Shown here: positions 1 through 13,834 of the stretch, piece after piece
Numbering within the stretch: the stretch's first letter is position 1
Layout of the letters: each line of letters opens with the position of its first letter
Origin: Mytilus edulis
Taxonomy: Eukaryota
NCBI RefSeq assembly: GCF_963676685.1
Contig: NC_092347.1
Coordinates: forward strand, 41,416,001-41,480,000
Reading direction: 5' to 3'
Length of the DNA stretch: 64,000 nt
The notes under the pieces: generated by a model
Databases searched by the model: none
What the model saw: the letters and a program-made list of their open reading frames with translations, nothing else
What the model was told of the DNA's origin: nothing
Program-made: the position numbers and the translations under genes

Positions 1-50
1 CTACATTGCTGTTACAACCTCTTAGTACACTTATGAAACTGTAATACTAT

Positions 51-170
51 ATAGATATAGGAAGATGTGGTGTGAGTGCCAATGAGACACCTCTCCATCA
101 AAATAACAATTCTAAAAGTAAACCATTATAGGTCAATGTACGGCCTTCAACACGGAGCATTGGCTCACAT
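51..170 (+). repeat. Abundant dispersed repeat (SINE-like), partial
   Basis: Near-identical to 22181-22300. Related sequence is inverted at 1560-1865 and 41050-41150. Confidence 0.75.
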
Positions 171-260
171 ACTATGTATGTTTGTGTAGAAAAGAAGATA
201 TTTAAATGACCTTTGTGTGGAAATTAAAAAAATATCTTCTCTACTAATCGTTCAGCATCT

Positions 261-287
261 TATATATATATATATATATATATATAT
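261..287. repeat. (TA)n microsatellite
   Basis: Direct observation. Confidence 0.9.
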
Positions 288-1559
288 TAACTGTGTGTGA
301 AAGGTGTCTATTTGACATTTGCGCACCATTAATAAAGTGTTTTGAATTTGAATCGTTGCAAATGTGCTTTGTGTCAGTATTTTATAGAACTATTTTACCT
401 TCTACATAACGTTTGCAAAATGTACATTTGTATCTGTAATTTTTGTGTTGACGAAAAAGATTTGTATGAAAACTGCTTATTAATATGTGCCAGATGATTC
501 TCCTAAAGAACATGTACAAGTTAGAAAATATTGCTATAATAATTGTTTTTGAATAATTCACTTTAATAGTTTATTTTTGTAAACCTAGTGTTATCTTTGT
601 TTTTATATTGAAATAAATCTTCTTATTACATTTTAATGTCTTTATTGTGTACTGGTTATTGCTAATTCACTTTATATTAAATGATACTTTTAAATGTTGT
701 ACAATGCTAGAACGCACCAGATTATGTCTGTTTGTCGATAAGATGGATATTGTAGTGCAATTATAGCTATCCAAAATAACAGCAGAGGGCATCTAACAAA
801 TCACAGATTTAACATAATATACAAAATCTGCAGACAAGTCGCCTATATCAATTATTAACTGAATTTCTATTATATGTGTCATATTACCGAAACAATGTAG
901 AATTTTTTATGGCAAATTGTAACGAGGTCATAACTCAAATAATTCATAAAACGTCTATAAATTATCCAAGATGTTGATTGGAGCTGACAATTAGAAAGCT
1001 GAAACCATCACGTTTGTCAAAGATTCTATAGTTGAATGAACCGTAGATATAGAAGGGTGGTTGGCTGCAAATATCGTATACATGGAATGGAGATGTCAGT
1101 TATATCTTCTGCCTTTCTTTTTCTGTTGAAAAACTTTTTAATTTGGCAGCAAAACATGAACTACAGATGGATGTAGTCCTAACCTGTCTAAAAATTAACT
1201 GCTTTCCACGTTACATTGTATATTTATGCTTTCACATGACATGGACAAAAAGTATTCATGGGGAATTTTGGCTTTAAAAATTGCAGTTTGTAAAATAATA
1301 ACAATCGCAGTTATTGAGAAAACATAAATGATTATTAAAGTATCGTGAAAATGTCTTGGGTCTTATCATCTACAAAACATATTCGTGTTCATCGAATTTT
1401 GAGGATAAATATGAACAATTTGGAATAAGTGATAAAAAGTAGATGTGAGGCTTAGATCAATGGAACGGCGATAATATGATGGTAATAGAACATTCATTTT
1501 AAATGTTTGAAAATAAATCGAAACCAGAGAGTTTAAAAAGACTCAGGCGGAGGTTGACC

Positions 1560-1865
1560 TACCTTTAACATGTTTAACCCGTCACATTGTGTATGTGCCC
1601 GTCCCAAGTCAGGAGCCTGTAATTCAGTGGTTGTTGTTTGTTGCTGTGTTACATTTTTTCATTCATTCTTTTGTACGTAGATTAGGCCGTTGGTTTCTGC
1701 TTTGAATTGTTTCAATTTGTCATGTCGGGGTCTTTTATAGCCGACTATACAGTATGGACTTTGCTTATTCTTTAAGGTCGTAAAGTGACCTGTAGTTGTT
1801 AATTTCTTTCACATTTGGTCACTTGTGAAGTGTGGTCTTCTTGGCAATCAAATGACATCTTCTAG
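1560..1865. repeat. Diverged copy of the same dispersed repeat family, opposite orientation
   Basis: Ends gtgacctgtagttgttaatttc...ttggcaatcaaatgacatcttct, the reverse complement of the 51-170 family. The cccaagtcagga motif recurs near 47620, 57705 and 60100. Confidence 0.65.
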
Positions 1866-2802
1866 TTTAAACATATTTTATTGTCCAAAAAACATTGACA
1901 ATAGGATTAGACACAAGTTTTGCAACTTAGAACGTCTTCTCCATTACATACAAATAATAAATAACCGAACAAAAATGAAATACATTATAATAACATCATA
2001 AACAATATTAATATGAAGACATGAAATTAACGAGAATTTAAACGACATGGCTCATCTATTTCTAAAAGTCGAGTTGACCGTAAATTTTATGATAGACCTA
2101 CCTGGTAGGTTGTATTATCTTGGAATAAATATTCCCTCAAAAGGTAAGTTTTTACTGTATTTTAAACAAATAAGTTAAATTGTTGTTGTCAACTGATGAA
2201 TTATGTACTAAAATCAAATTGATGATCCATGTCTTGGGAAAAAATGAACAATTTCATTCGAAGTCAACAAAAAGTAATAAATAAAGGCAACAGTAGTATA
2301 CCGCTGTTCAAAACTCATAAATCCATGGACAAAAAACAAAATCGGGATAACAAACTAAAACCGAGGGAAACGCATTAAATATAAGAGGAGAACAACGACA
2401 TAACACTAAAATGTAACACACATAGACAAAAACCCACGAGAATAACAAATATAACAAATATAACATAAAAACCAAATACATGAATTTGGGATAGACAAGT
2501 ACCGTGACACGTCTTATCGCAATGTGAATGGACACTCAAAAATAAGAGAAAACAAACGACACAACGTTATAATGTAATACACACAGAAACGAACTATAAT
2601 ATAACAATGACCATATTCCTGACTTGGTACAGGGCATTTTTAAAGGAAAAAATGGTGGGTTGAACCTGGTTTTGTGGCATGCCAAACCTCGCACTTTTAT
2701 GGCCATGTGAAATATAACATCAAAATGACAACACAGGACTACAATATAAATAAACTGGAGAACACAATTGACAAAGAATCACACGAACAACAGCCAACAA
2801 GT

Positions 2803-2990
2803 TCAAAATTTTAATACGCCAGAAGTGTATTTTGTCCACACAAGACCTATGTGTGACGCACAGATACAAAAGTTTGAAAGCCGAAACGAGTACAAAGTTG
2901 AACAGCATCGAGGACCAAAAGATCAAAAAGGTTGTGCCAAAAACGGCAAGGGTTTTCTGTTAAGTTACCAGAAAATCCCTATAATTTAGA
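2803..2990 (-). repeat. Older degenerate retrozyme fragment
   Basis: tacgccaga...gtgacgcacagat...tacaaagttgaacagcatcgaggaccaaaa...gttgtgccaaa aligns with the reverse complement of the 355-bp unit. Confidence 0.7.
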
Positions 2991-3035
2991 GTAATACATT
3001 GTTATTGGTATATATTTAACCATAATGTCTATAAA

Positions 3036-3581
3036 CTATGAAAAGCGATTGGTCTCTTTAATATAATTCTGCACTTTTATAAAAATTAGCCTGTTTATGT
3101 TAATAGTAAACAAAGCATTGCCGTACATTAAATTTTCAAAGTCGGTAGGTATATTTTCTTTTCTAAGTTCAAAAAATAAGGTATTCCTTTGCACTGTATA
3201 ATTTTTACACGAGAGGAAATAATGTTGGGCATTTTCGTATAAATAACCACATTGACACATTGCGTTAGTTTTAATATTAGCGTGATACAGATCCATGTTC
3301 AGGGCACTGCATTTGTTTCTTATTCTTGCGTGTAAAACATTTAAATATCTATCGCCAATATTGAAATATGTAGGGGGTGATTTGTTTTTATAATATTTCT
3401 GTTTAATTTTTAATTTAAACATATTTAAAGAAAGTTCATTTCTAACACTTAAATCAAGCGAATTCCACAGTTTGATACTAGATGGAATAAATGATTCCTG
3501 ATAAAGAGACAGTCTGCTAGAGGTTTGGTATATATTTTGACTGCCTCGTAGATTGTAATTGTTTGTTTCTGCAAAAGACAT
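3036..3581 (-). mobile_element. 5'-truncated LINE (CR1/L2-like) ORF2 C-terminal fragment
   Basis: YNLR...SFIPSSIKLWNSL...HARIR...CQCGYLYENAQHYFLSC...YIKETNRF is the typical C-terminus of invertebrate CR1-group RT proteins. Confidence 0.8.
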
Positions 3582-3684
3582 CTTCTTTTCACATTAGCAA
3601 CAGAGCAATGGTTTTCTGGTTGACAACAGTAATCTGTTTGCCTCCTACTGGCATACATATTTGAATTTGTTCTTCAGGTTACAA

Positions 3685-3845
3685 ATAAACTCATCATAGA
3701 TACCAGGATTAAAATTTTATCTTTGCGCCAGACGCGCGTTTCGTCTACAAAAGACTCATTAGTGATGCTTAAATCAAAATGGTAAAAAAAGGGCAAAATA
3801 ATTTGAAGCGCATTGAGGACCAAGTATTCCTAAAAGTTTTCTTAA
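3685..3845 (-). repeat. Degenerate retrozyme fragment (hammerhead core CUAAUGA)
   Basis: The reverse complement reads gcatca-ctaatga-gtcttttgtagac-gaaacgcgcgtc-tggcgc, homologous to the 355-bp unit. Confidence 0.8.
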
Positions 3846-4100
3846 GGTTGCAATCGTGGTCTGCTGTCTTTCTGTTTTCGACTTGCTAAATGTGCTTCGT
3901 GAAACAGTGTAGTCTAACTGAGAAAAAAAAAACAGCTGTTGTTTTTAAATTTTAAAGAGGCATAACATGACACAATCCATGTGCCGTATCTAAGAGTTGT
4001 TCTTATGTATGTAAATATGGAAACTCAAAATATCCTTTGTTATTACCTTATGAAGTATCATTCCTGTTTGTACGACTTAATGGTTAATAAATTAGGTTTA

Positions 4101-6087
4101 TGCCCGCGTCACACTGTCCCGATTTTTACACCGATGGCAACACGATTATGGAAATGTTCAAAATCGGGACTGATCGTATCCAGATCGGGCTATTCGTAGT
4201 GCCATCTTTAACCATCTTTATCCATCGACCACTTTTTCTAGCCTTCGGGGACAACTTCGGGAAGGGTTCTAAGTTTTTTAACATGTTAAAAAATCCCCGA
4301 AGGTGCGTCCGATGTTGAGGGTTCGTATTGAGTTCGTATCACTATCCTCACCATCGTAATGTCACCGGGAATGCATCTTTGAACATCGTATTGCTTTCGT
4401 GTTTCCGTCGCTTCCATCGGGCACTTTTGAAATTACGATGTCTACACGAATGAATCACGAAGCTACCCGAAGGTCTTACGATGGCAACACGACTTCGTGA
4501 AGACCTCGAAATCCCGTCGTGTTGACATCGAATAAAAGTACGAAGGCGACAAGATGGAACTACGACGGCAATAAATCCAGCTAAATGTAAGTTAATTTTT
4601 CGCGCTAAAATACATTTAAAGTGCCATGCGCGATATGCACTGGTCAGTCTAATACGACAGTTAGGAAAGACGTTCACAAAACATGGAGCTCATATCATAT
4701 GATTCCATGAGAACAAGAAAGGGGACAGCGTTGTTTCTATTAATTCAAATGGAAGAACAAGAAGAGCAGCTATTACAGTCTCAGGATTTACTTTTAAAAG
4801 TAAAATATTTTTTTTAGTCAATTTTTCATTTCAAGTAACATAATGAAAATTATAAACGCGCATCGTACACCAACACTGCAGGTACACGTATATAGGGAAA
4901 CCAACTTTTTCTTCATTATTCTGATTTTTTATGTATCGTCTGAGTTTTTGTTTTCTATATGCCATATTTTGCCGCATTTGTTGCTTTCCCCACATCTTTC
5001 CTTTTGTCTATATTATTATGATATTCTCCTGGAAAGAGCTCTTTTTTAATAAAAGGGATCAACGAACCCATTACCTTACCTTTAAGATAGATCAGTAAAC
5101 ATGGGAATAATTATGGGTGATTATTCAGACTAGTGCACACATTTTACAGTTCTAACAAGGCAATGCCGAGCGTGGCATCCCCTCGTATGTAACATATTGG
5201 GGACATATGACACATGCAGAAAATAGTAAATTGAATATGCATATTTGATACATAAACTATTTTTTTAGAAATCAACCAAAACATTCAGTAACTTGAAATA
5301 CCTTTAATATTGTCTTTAGAACCAGCAGGTAATAAAATGAGCAACCAATTTCCTGTGTATTATGCTATTTCAAGGGAAAAAAAACAAGTTCCTCTGCATG
5401 ACCTTGACCTTTGGCCTTGAACGTAAAAAAATGCCAGATCATTACAAGGAGGAACAATTTACCAAATGTGATTAAAGTCTTTGGAAGCATATTGGTTTAA
5501 GAGTGTCCACAAGGCTGATATTGCCTTGTATTACAACTGACACTGTGACCTTGACCTTTGAACTTTAAAGCCAATAGCGCTTAAGATATTCTTAACGAGT
5601 AAAACCATACCAAGTTTTGAGCATTTTGGTTCTAGAGTGTCCATAACAATTTTATCTACACGCAACTTACATGTAGTAGGCGAGGGGATAATAAACTAAG
5701 TTATATTCAATATTGATCAAATAATTTAAAACGCGTGATGCCTTCGGCATATAATTTAAATGCATCGTAAGCTGTACACGGCGTCTTTTAGACATCGTAT
5801 GGCCATCGCGCCATCATCGTAATCCATCGTGTAGCCTTCGTGATATGTCGTGTAGGCTTCGGCTGAGATATAAAGCTTAAATACCCGTCTTCGGTTAACC
5901 TTCGTATGTCCAACTTTTGCTATCGTATATAATTTCGGCACCATCGTATAGACTTCGTTATTCATCGTACTTGCTTCGGTCACTTTTTGGTATTTTAACG
6001 AGATCGGGACCAACTTCGTACGAACTTACAATTTTCGCATTCGGGTGTCCATCGTATATAAAAATCGGGACAGTGTGACGCGGGCAT
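4101..6087. mobile_element. Non-autonomous PIF/Harbinger-type DNA transposon
   Basis: TIR TGCCCGCGTCACACTGTCCCGATTTTT at both ends. TTA TSD at 4098-4100 and 6088-6090. Confidence 0.85.
5153..5695. mobile_element. Helentron/HINE-like element nested in the Harbinger element
   Basis: AACAAG start, subterminal inverted repeat ATCCCCTCG (5177) / CGAGGGGAT (5681), internal degenerate units with TGACCTTGACCTTT. Confidence 0.55.
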
Positions 6088-6230
6088 TAAGGAATTACTT
6101 AATTGATATGTTGTTGGAAAAGTATAACAATTTACTGACATTTTTAATTTGTATTCACCTGGTTTAATAAGATACATGATGCGGGAATGTGTGCCTTCAA
6201 AAATTACGACAAGAAATATGATAATATTTA

Positions 6231-8578
6231 TTAAGATATTAAAAATCCGGAAAAAGATGAAAATCCGTATCCGAATATTCTCACATTTCCGTTGTTGACA
6301 GATGGCACCAAGTTTAATATCCGTATCCATACTTGATCTCCTGTATCAAGCTGCAAAACAGTCGACTGTCGTCCAGCGTTCCAGGTGGTTGAATCTCCAG
6401 AATAAGTTCTGAAATAACCATCTCCATTTTTGACAATTTCAGTTTCCATGTCTTCACCTGCATGACTTAATATGACGACGCTGAAAAAGTATAATCCACG
6501 TATAGGCGCTCTAAAAATTCCTGAAATATGGTCAAATCCATTTCCGTAATTGGTCACCAAATTCTGAAACTTAACTGTATCTTGTAGATTCATATCTTGA
6601 TTGTGTTCAATCATTGTAGCCGAAAAACCCACAGATGGTGTCGATGGTCGAGCTGCAACAACAAAAAAAATCAACATAAGAGGCCCAAAATCTTTTGTGT
6701 TTGTTCAACTCGCATCATAAAAATAGGACAGATGCCTTATTTACTAGAATTTGATCGATTGATTTTATCAATAATTGTGTAACACCGCTTTCAACACAAA
6801 TTTGCTGATTCGTTGCGGTCCGTTTTTTATTGCTTGAGGAGGACGTCTTACCCGGAGAGAACCACCGACCTTCGACAGGAAAACTGATATTACCTAGTCA
6901 ATTAAGATTGGAGTTGAATGTGAATGCGCCTGCCTCGTGCGGGATTTGAACTTAGAACCCCAGTATTGATTAGTGATACGGTTGTTGGACTACTTAAGCC
7001 ACCAATCAATTAAATTTGAATATCAAGGAGTTTCCATAATTTATTTAAAACATCTATCTTCAATAAAATACATATGGCTGGTAAATACAATGTTCAATGC
7101 TTTTGTAATAAGTGCGTCTGGCGTACACAATCAAAATGCTGGTATCATTTTAGTATCAAGGTACATCTATTATAAATATAACGAATTGAATACATTTTTG
7201 CTTTACTCTCGGTATAACTTTCATTTGTGTTCACTTTCCATATCATACTTTTACTTTATAAAAACTCTCGAGTCAAATCCTATTAATATAACAGTTTCGA
7301 ACATTTATTATTTTGTCATCAATATGATTTGAAATACTAGTAAGCCATAAACAGGAAAATTTACAACATATGTATTTCTATAAACATATGTTTCCATACC
7401 TGTCCTACACATATGTTGTGAATGAATTCAATTGAAGTTGCCACTACTTTTTAAGTGAATATTATGATTTTTAAACAAATCTCATGAATATAAAAACGAT
7501 CTATATGACCTGCAAGATGAGATAATTGAAATTTAGCACTAAAAACTTACAATTTGCATTGTAAAAATATATATGTAAATACATTTTTTAAAAGAGTAAC
7601 GATATATAATAACGTATAATTATATAATGTTGCTCAAACAGTTAGACAATCATCATTGTGTGAACTTTGGTGGATGGTTGTTTCATTGGCATTCATACCA
7701 TATCTCCTTTTTTTATATTCCACAATTTGAAGCTATATATATATATAACAGTGTATAATTACTGCATTAGAATACATTAGGGGATACAATTTTCAAATAT
7801 TTTATGATTGAAGCAACACAATAAGTTTTTAGTTCCTTGCTTTGATAGCCGTTTCTTTGACGTATTCTCCAACTGTTAGGTTACTTGTAAATAATAGACA
7901 CCAGACACCAATCGTAAAATTCTGTATGTTTGTTCGTCAGGCCACATAACCTCTGATTTTAGGTTGACAATTCCAGATTGGTACTTTATTGAAATGACTG
8001 GCATAGGGGTTTAAAGATATTATCCTTAATATATGCAGTATGTATTGATATCCCTTTTTAAATGTGCCACTTTCCTTTCCTTTGTTTTGTTGTCTATGTA
8101 CATACAGTTCCATGATTCTTTTTAATCTCAACTGAATTAACGGGGGAAAATATTATCATTGAAGGCACAAAACATATGCCGTCTAATGTCCTCAGTGACT
8201 CTGTTGCAGGAATTAGCTAGCTCACTTCATTTTGAAAATTACAGAGAAACATATTAAGATAAATATAAAACAGCGTGGAGACCAACCTTGATTTTCTCTT
8301 TTCATTTCTTTCTCTTGTGCATTCAACTTGGCATTGGTATTCATCGTTTGTGCCTGTATACCTTTCCCCAAGGGCACATTAAGGTCAGCTTTTAATGATT
8401 TCAATTCCATCTCAACAAGATTAAATTTCTCGTGAAACGTATTATTTTGTTTTGTATAAAGGGACACTAGATCCTCAACTTTCTTAATTTCATCTTCTAA
8501 CAAAGAATCCCCTTGGAAACAGTATGAAAATCCTCCAATACACCAAATGTAGACCAGAAAGTGTTTCACGAATGTCAT
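6231..8578 (-). CDS. Secreted C1q domain-containing protein (signal peptide + coiled coil + gC1q), 2 coding exons: 8578-8287 and 6652-6231, 237 aa
   Basis: Exon 1 encodes MTFVKHFLVYIWCIGGFSYC (signal-like) and a heptad-rich segment, ending CAA G|GTTGGT (phase 1). The acceptor ttttttttgttgttgcag|CT at 6652 is phase-compatible. Exon 2 has gC1q motifs VGFSA...VKFQNLVTNYGNGFDHISGIFRAPIRGLYFFS...VLQLDTGDQVWI...SSFSGFLI-stop. Confidence 0.93.
6780..7005 (-). mobile_element. tRNA-derived SINE (diverged) in the C1q intron
   Basis: The minus strand has a B-box-like GTTCAAATCCC and the conserved SINE body motif GGTCGGTGGTTCTCTCCGGGT. A related fragment lies at ~61085-61190. Confidence 0.6.
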
Positions 8579-8634
8579 ATTATGTGTATATTTATCTCCA
8601 TTTACAGTACTAAAGGCGATCTCTTATCATGTTA

Positions 8635-8641
8635 CTTTATA
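8635..8641 (-). promoter_or_regulatory. Putative TATA box of the C1q gene
   Basis: TATAAAG on the minus strand ~57 nt upstream of the ATG at 8578. Weak evidence in AT-rich DNA. Confidence 0.35.
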
Positions 8642-9669
8642 ACATCGACAAGAAATATCTTTATCAGTAAAATTAAGAAGATGAATCAATCAATGACAAT
8701 TGTGTGTTTCTTTCTCTTAAACAAGAGCCTGATATATCGATGAAAAGGGGGGGGGGGGGCTACATCTTTTCTGTCTAGGTATTTTAGTCATTGCTAAATT
8801 GAACTTTGTTAAATGTTATTTTGAAAACATATGTGCTGTTATTGACTAGTAAGTTGTTATATTCTTAAAATTGCCATTGTTATTAACTGTTATTGTGGGA
8901 AAAAATGGACCCTGTTTTTTTATTGTTGTTATTACTTTTGAATTTACTGTTTTCTGATTTTCTCATTTAAGATAACTTAAATTGCTGTTATCGTTTATCA
9001 ATATTTTAAATTAACTGTTTTTAGCAAAATCTAAAATAAAATTTATCGTTTAACTGGTATTAATGGACTCCCTCCTGACCCCAACCCATTCTATACTTAG
9101 AAAAAACTAAACACCTTTGTGTTTGTTCAAAACATGTATTTCAGTTAAAATGAAATCTGGATGGTCTTGAGGAACATGTTCATTAGAAAAATCATTCAAA
9201 TGCTTGTTTCCTCATTTTATTTAATACAGGCAGCACATGCAAGTTATGCCGCAATAACCGTTTTGCACACTAAACAGTTCCGCTCTTCAATTTTCCTTTT
9301 TGATGTCATACAATAATGATTCGTAGTAATTTATGTGCACTTAATTGAAAATTTAAATAGGAAGAAAAATCCTGCCTTTGATTCGGACGTACCTCAACTC
9401 ATTTTGGAACGAAATTATGCATCCACACTGCATCCAAAGGTTTTATTTTTTATCCTAGTTATATTTAAGTTGAACAGTTTCATATGGACAATAACAAGGA
9501 CATAATTATGTAGTAAATTTGAGTTGTAATATAGGGAAAAACATAAAACAGGTTAATATTATATCAGTATATATTTTCTTTTACACCCATTGTTTGCTGA
9601 AAATTAATGTTTTATTCAATGGAAATAATGAGATTTAAAAAATTTGAAGTTTACCCATTCATAGATAAT

Positions 9670-10995
9670 CATGCGCGTAGCTACGTTTACGTCAAAACGC
9701 CCGGGCGTACACTTGAATTTTGAAAATAAAACAAATAATCGACATAGAATAAGAAAGCACATCAGCCTTGTGCTTCTTTTTTTAATAGATTGTAATTTTG
9801 AATAAAAATTGGGACTAAATTTACTCAAATAGATCATTTAATATATTTGTTCGAATCTTTTGTAAAAGTCTGAAACCACTTTGAATTCTACCTTCTTTTC
9901 TTATATTTAAAGCAATTCACTATCTGCTCAGATTCGATATGCTGTTTGTATTTTTGTCGAGCCTGTGTTTTATGTCCCAAAAGCGAGACAAAGTGGTGTC
10001 AATATTTAGGTTTCCGAATGTGGATAAATTCTTTTAAATGACTCTCCGACCGTGAAATTTTACGAAAGTTGTACAGAAACTGTTTATGATCAAAAGAGTA
10101 TTCAGAGCAATATAATAATGCAATTATATCTTTAATCTTCCCGCATTTTAAGGATAAAATGTGTTTCTTTCTGCAATTAATCTGAGACTACTATAACTGT
10201 GTTATAGTAGTCTCAGAATTAATAAGTGGTCGCAGTTTGGGCTTACATTTTGTTATTTTGTTATTTCTTCTACTTGTCGAACCTTCATCGAAATTTATGA
10301 AAATGTCGAAGAAGCTTTTTCTATGACTAATGTCTAAAGCTAAAATTTTAAAAGCATTAATTCGTTCATTTTTCGGTTCTTTTCTGATAGACAGATAGCT
10401 GGACTCTTCTTTACGCAAAATTTTACATGCTCAATTTATAAACCTTCATAGATTGTCGTGAAAAATTCCAGATCAAGAAAAAAATATCAAAAGAAAATTT
10501 TAATTTTTTTTTAAATCCCTGTAAAGGAATGATACATTGATTCACTTTTTGTGGAAGAAATCCTAGGTGTTCCAGAATTTTTTTATATTGCACCTCTTAG
10601 AAATATTTTTTTTCGTGATCATTAAAAGGTGCTTTTGTTGATTATATGCGCACTCACGGCACCATTTAAACTTATTTAAAAGTAATATTGGTTTGGACGT
10701 TTTCTCTAGAACCAATGACCATAAGGCTAGCTTCCAGTTTAACACGATGAATAAGTTAACATATTACAAAATTTAACCAAAAAAAAAATAAACCATTTAG
10801 ATTCAAAAGTATGTTGTTATCAATGATTTTTTACTGACAGGAATCATTATGGTATCTCATTCTCGATAGCTTTCGGGGGCTTCGTCCCTTTCGAACCCAC
10901 TACCAACAGGTGCTTTGACATTGAGCGGTTGGCACCCCTCATATCCCTCGCCAAGGTTCGGGCGTACACATAAAAATGACCCAGCTACGCCACTG
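9670..10995. mobile_element. 1326-bp non-autonomous DNA transposon, copy A (5-bp TSD ATAAT)
   Basis: Ends CATGCGCGTAGCT / AGCTACGCCACTG, flanked by ATAAT on both sides. Apparently identical to 18601-19926. Confidence 0.9.
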
Positions 10996-13259
10996 ATAAT
11001 ATCGTTACTTTTTGAAAATTAAAAAAAAAATTGTTGCATATTTTTACTTCACTATTTTTTACCAGTCGAGTAATGAAAAAAAACTTAGTAATTTCTGATT
11101 GCTTCTAGTTTAGTAGTCGGAGATATGTACAGTTATAACTAAGCAACAAGTTAAAAAAAGCTTTAAATTTATTCAAATTATCCAAGAAATATTGATTGCA
11201 ACAAAGTATGCATATTTAAAAACTTCCTTGATTTCTTCCTTGTCTATTTTAAATTTATTATTTTGTCTGTAATTTTAATCATTACTTAAAAGATTTAATT
11301 GTAAGCAATGTAATGTCAAGTAGGATTTGTTTATATATGTGGCTCAGGTGTCTGCCTCCATCTTGGATTTTGAAGTAGCAGATAATGTTGATCTAGATCT
11401 TTGATGAAACATGCACATTTTGAGATTAGTATTCATGTGAGATATAGAGATAAATTATTTTATTATAGTGTCACATATTGATGTGTAAGGCTTTTGATGT
11501 AAATATCGAAAATTAAGGTGTATTTTTTTATCATAATTACAGCTGTAATTTCTCAAAAAACACCTACTATGTGTTTGATAAAAAAAAGATCATCTTTCAT
11601 AAGGGGAGATAACTCAGGTAAAGTAATTTTTATAATAGAGAGTGTTGTGAATTTACCTATTTTAATATTTAGCAAGAAAACGTGTTCACCGTGACCCCAT
11701 TTTTTTCTGAAAGCATGTGAACATGTAAAGGCTATCTTAAGCAGGGTTTTTTCTATAAAAATATATACATGATTTAAGAGTGTCAGTATAAAGACGAAAA
11801 ACTCTATTTGTTTATCTTAACTTTTGTCGCTTTTTTCCTGTCTAATCTGGCAATTTTTATTTAGGTGTAGACTAAAAACTGTATTAAAAACTTAATCCTC
11901 ATTTGTCATCATCCAGATAAAGAAATTTTCTAGATTTTTGCTTCTCAGACTTGAAAACTTTCGAAATAAATTTTGTAAGAACTCTAATCTTGGTGAGCTA
12001 TAAATGTATATAGAGGGCACTCTTAAACAAAAAAAGTAATGCAGTTCATTTTCTATTAAGAACAGTAAACAATGGTAACAGAGCATTGCATGTCTGGACA
12101 GAATCTCAAGTTTTCAGTATTCAATTTTCGTACATGTCGGCCAGTTTCTATTCTCAAATTGTGGTTACTCAGTCTTTATTTTGTAAAAGTTCTTCTACTG
12201 TTAAATATTTTCGTATTTTAGTTAGTTTCAGAATGGAAAGCAAATTTGAATTTGGAATATTTGCTGAGTTTTCCAGTATCTAATTATTTATAGCCATGTC
12301 TTAAGAAAGTTCTGCTGATCACATTTCTTCAAAAACAATTCTAAATTAAGTTTTACTAATTTTTTGGCAGATAGATAGGTTAATATCCATGTTTCACTGT
12401 AAAACAGTATATAAGAATGCCATGAGTTATTTTAATGGTTATAATAGCTAGATTTGTAATCATTATAGGCTCTGCTAAACTGATCAGATGGAGAGTACTG
12501 AAGTCTATACCAGTACAAAAATATTTGTTTTTCACAATCTAAATATATACATCTAACTATATACTCTGACACTTCAAGTTGTTTGATCTAAGTGGAAACA
12601 TAATACATTTTTGTAAAATTATTGTTAAAGGAGTAGAATCAGTTTCCTCTGCGTTTGATTCTCACCAGGGCAATTTTCAAAATGTCTGAGTCTCTACCTT
12701 AATGCTGAACAGCTCCATGCATGTATGTCCCTTAAGGTTCTAACAATTTAATGCCGATTTATCAAGGCCGTAAGATAAATACCCCCTTTTGACAAATTTG
12801 GACTTCTTACTGAAAACGAAATGTAAAAGAAGAACATTATTAACTAAAATCCTCTATCTTGTAATTGACGTAAAATGGACGTGCATAATTCACGAGTTTT
12901 TCTAAAGCCATCAAAAATATTTTAGAAAACAATATAAATTATACACGTTCATATCCGTAGATATGGATTTTATAACACCCTGAAGTGTGAGGCGAAATAT
13001 GAACGTAGATAACGAATCTATCCCCGGTCTTAGTTCAAATTTGGCGATTTTTAGAGAACTTCGTCCACAAAGTGTAACGTGAAAGCAACTTTATTTATTA
13101 CTATTAAAATTTGACATATTTTTAACAGGGTTAAATTGTCAGATATAAGACGTTTTAAAAATCCAGAGACAGAGACATTGGGGTGGGTCGAATTTGGCGC
13201 TCAATGTTATGCGAGTTATATCATAGACGGTGTGACGTCAACGTGGGTCATTTGCATAT

Positions 13260-13415
13260 CAGAGTCGGATTAAGGGGGGGCAGGAGGCCCGGGCCTCCCT
13301 TTTTGGGAAAAAATTTGGTTGCTTATATAAGGAATCACTGAAGCGTGACTGGAGCGGGCCCCCTCTTAGGCAGTCAATGGGCCCCCACTTGTCAAAATTT
13401 CTGGATCCGTCAGTG
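13260..13415. mobile_element. GC-rich MITE with 5-bp TSD CATAT
   Basis: CAGAGTCGGATTAAG...CTGGATCCGTCAGTG flanked by CATAT on both sides. Confidence 0.75.
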
Positions 13416-13834
13416 CATATATACATGTAATAGCTAGGTCAGTAGTCCCATTTGTTGACAATGCGGCAGCAAAGTGGTGCCTTTTTTAAATATGAGTGAA
13501 AATGATCGACATAATAAGATAGCATCGTTAAACTTAGTGGATTAAATATTTAATTACAAATATCTACAGATGAACTACAAAATCGATATTTCACAAGGAA
13601 CAAACCATGGAACTAAGGAAAATGCGGTGAAGTTCCCCTTGTGTACTGGGTGTCAACATCCGGGTGTATTAGTTAGCAACAAACCCGGGGCTATGGGTTT
13701 TTGTAACGACGTGCGTTAATAAACCATTCAAATTCCTGGAAATAAACTAACCTAGGAAAAACGAATTTTCCGTCCAGAAAAGCGTTCAATATTTATTTCA
13801 TTTTTTTACTATGAGTTTTGATAGACAATATTAC

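Noticed and set aside
7400-7510. Extra middle exon of the C1q gene (ttgcag...gtatgg on the minus strand)
   Set aside because: It has an in-frame TAA, and exons 1 and 2 already join in phase.
9616-10745. Duplicated small ORFs (also at 18508-19676) as a gene cluster
   Set aside because: They lie inside the two copies of a non-coding 1326-bp transposon and show no domain signatures.
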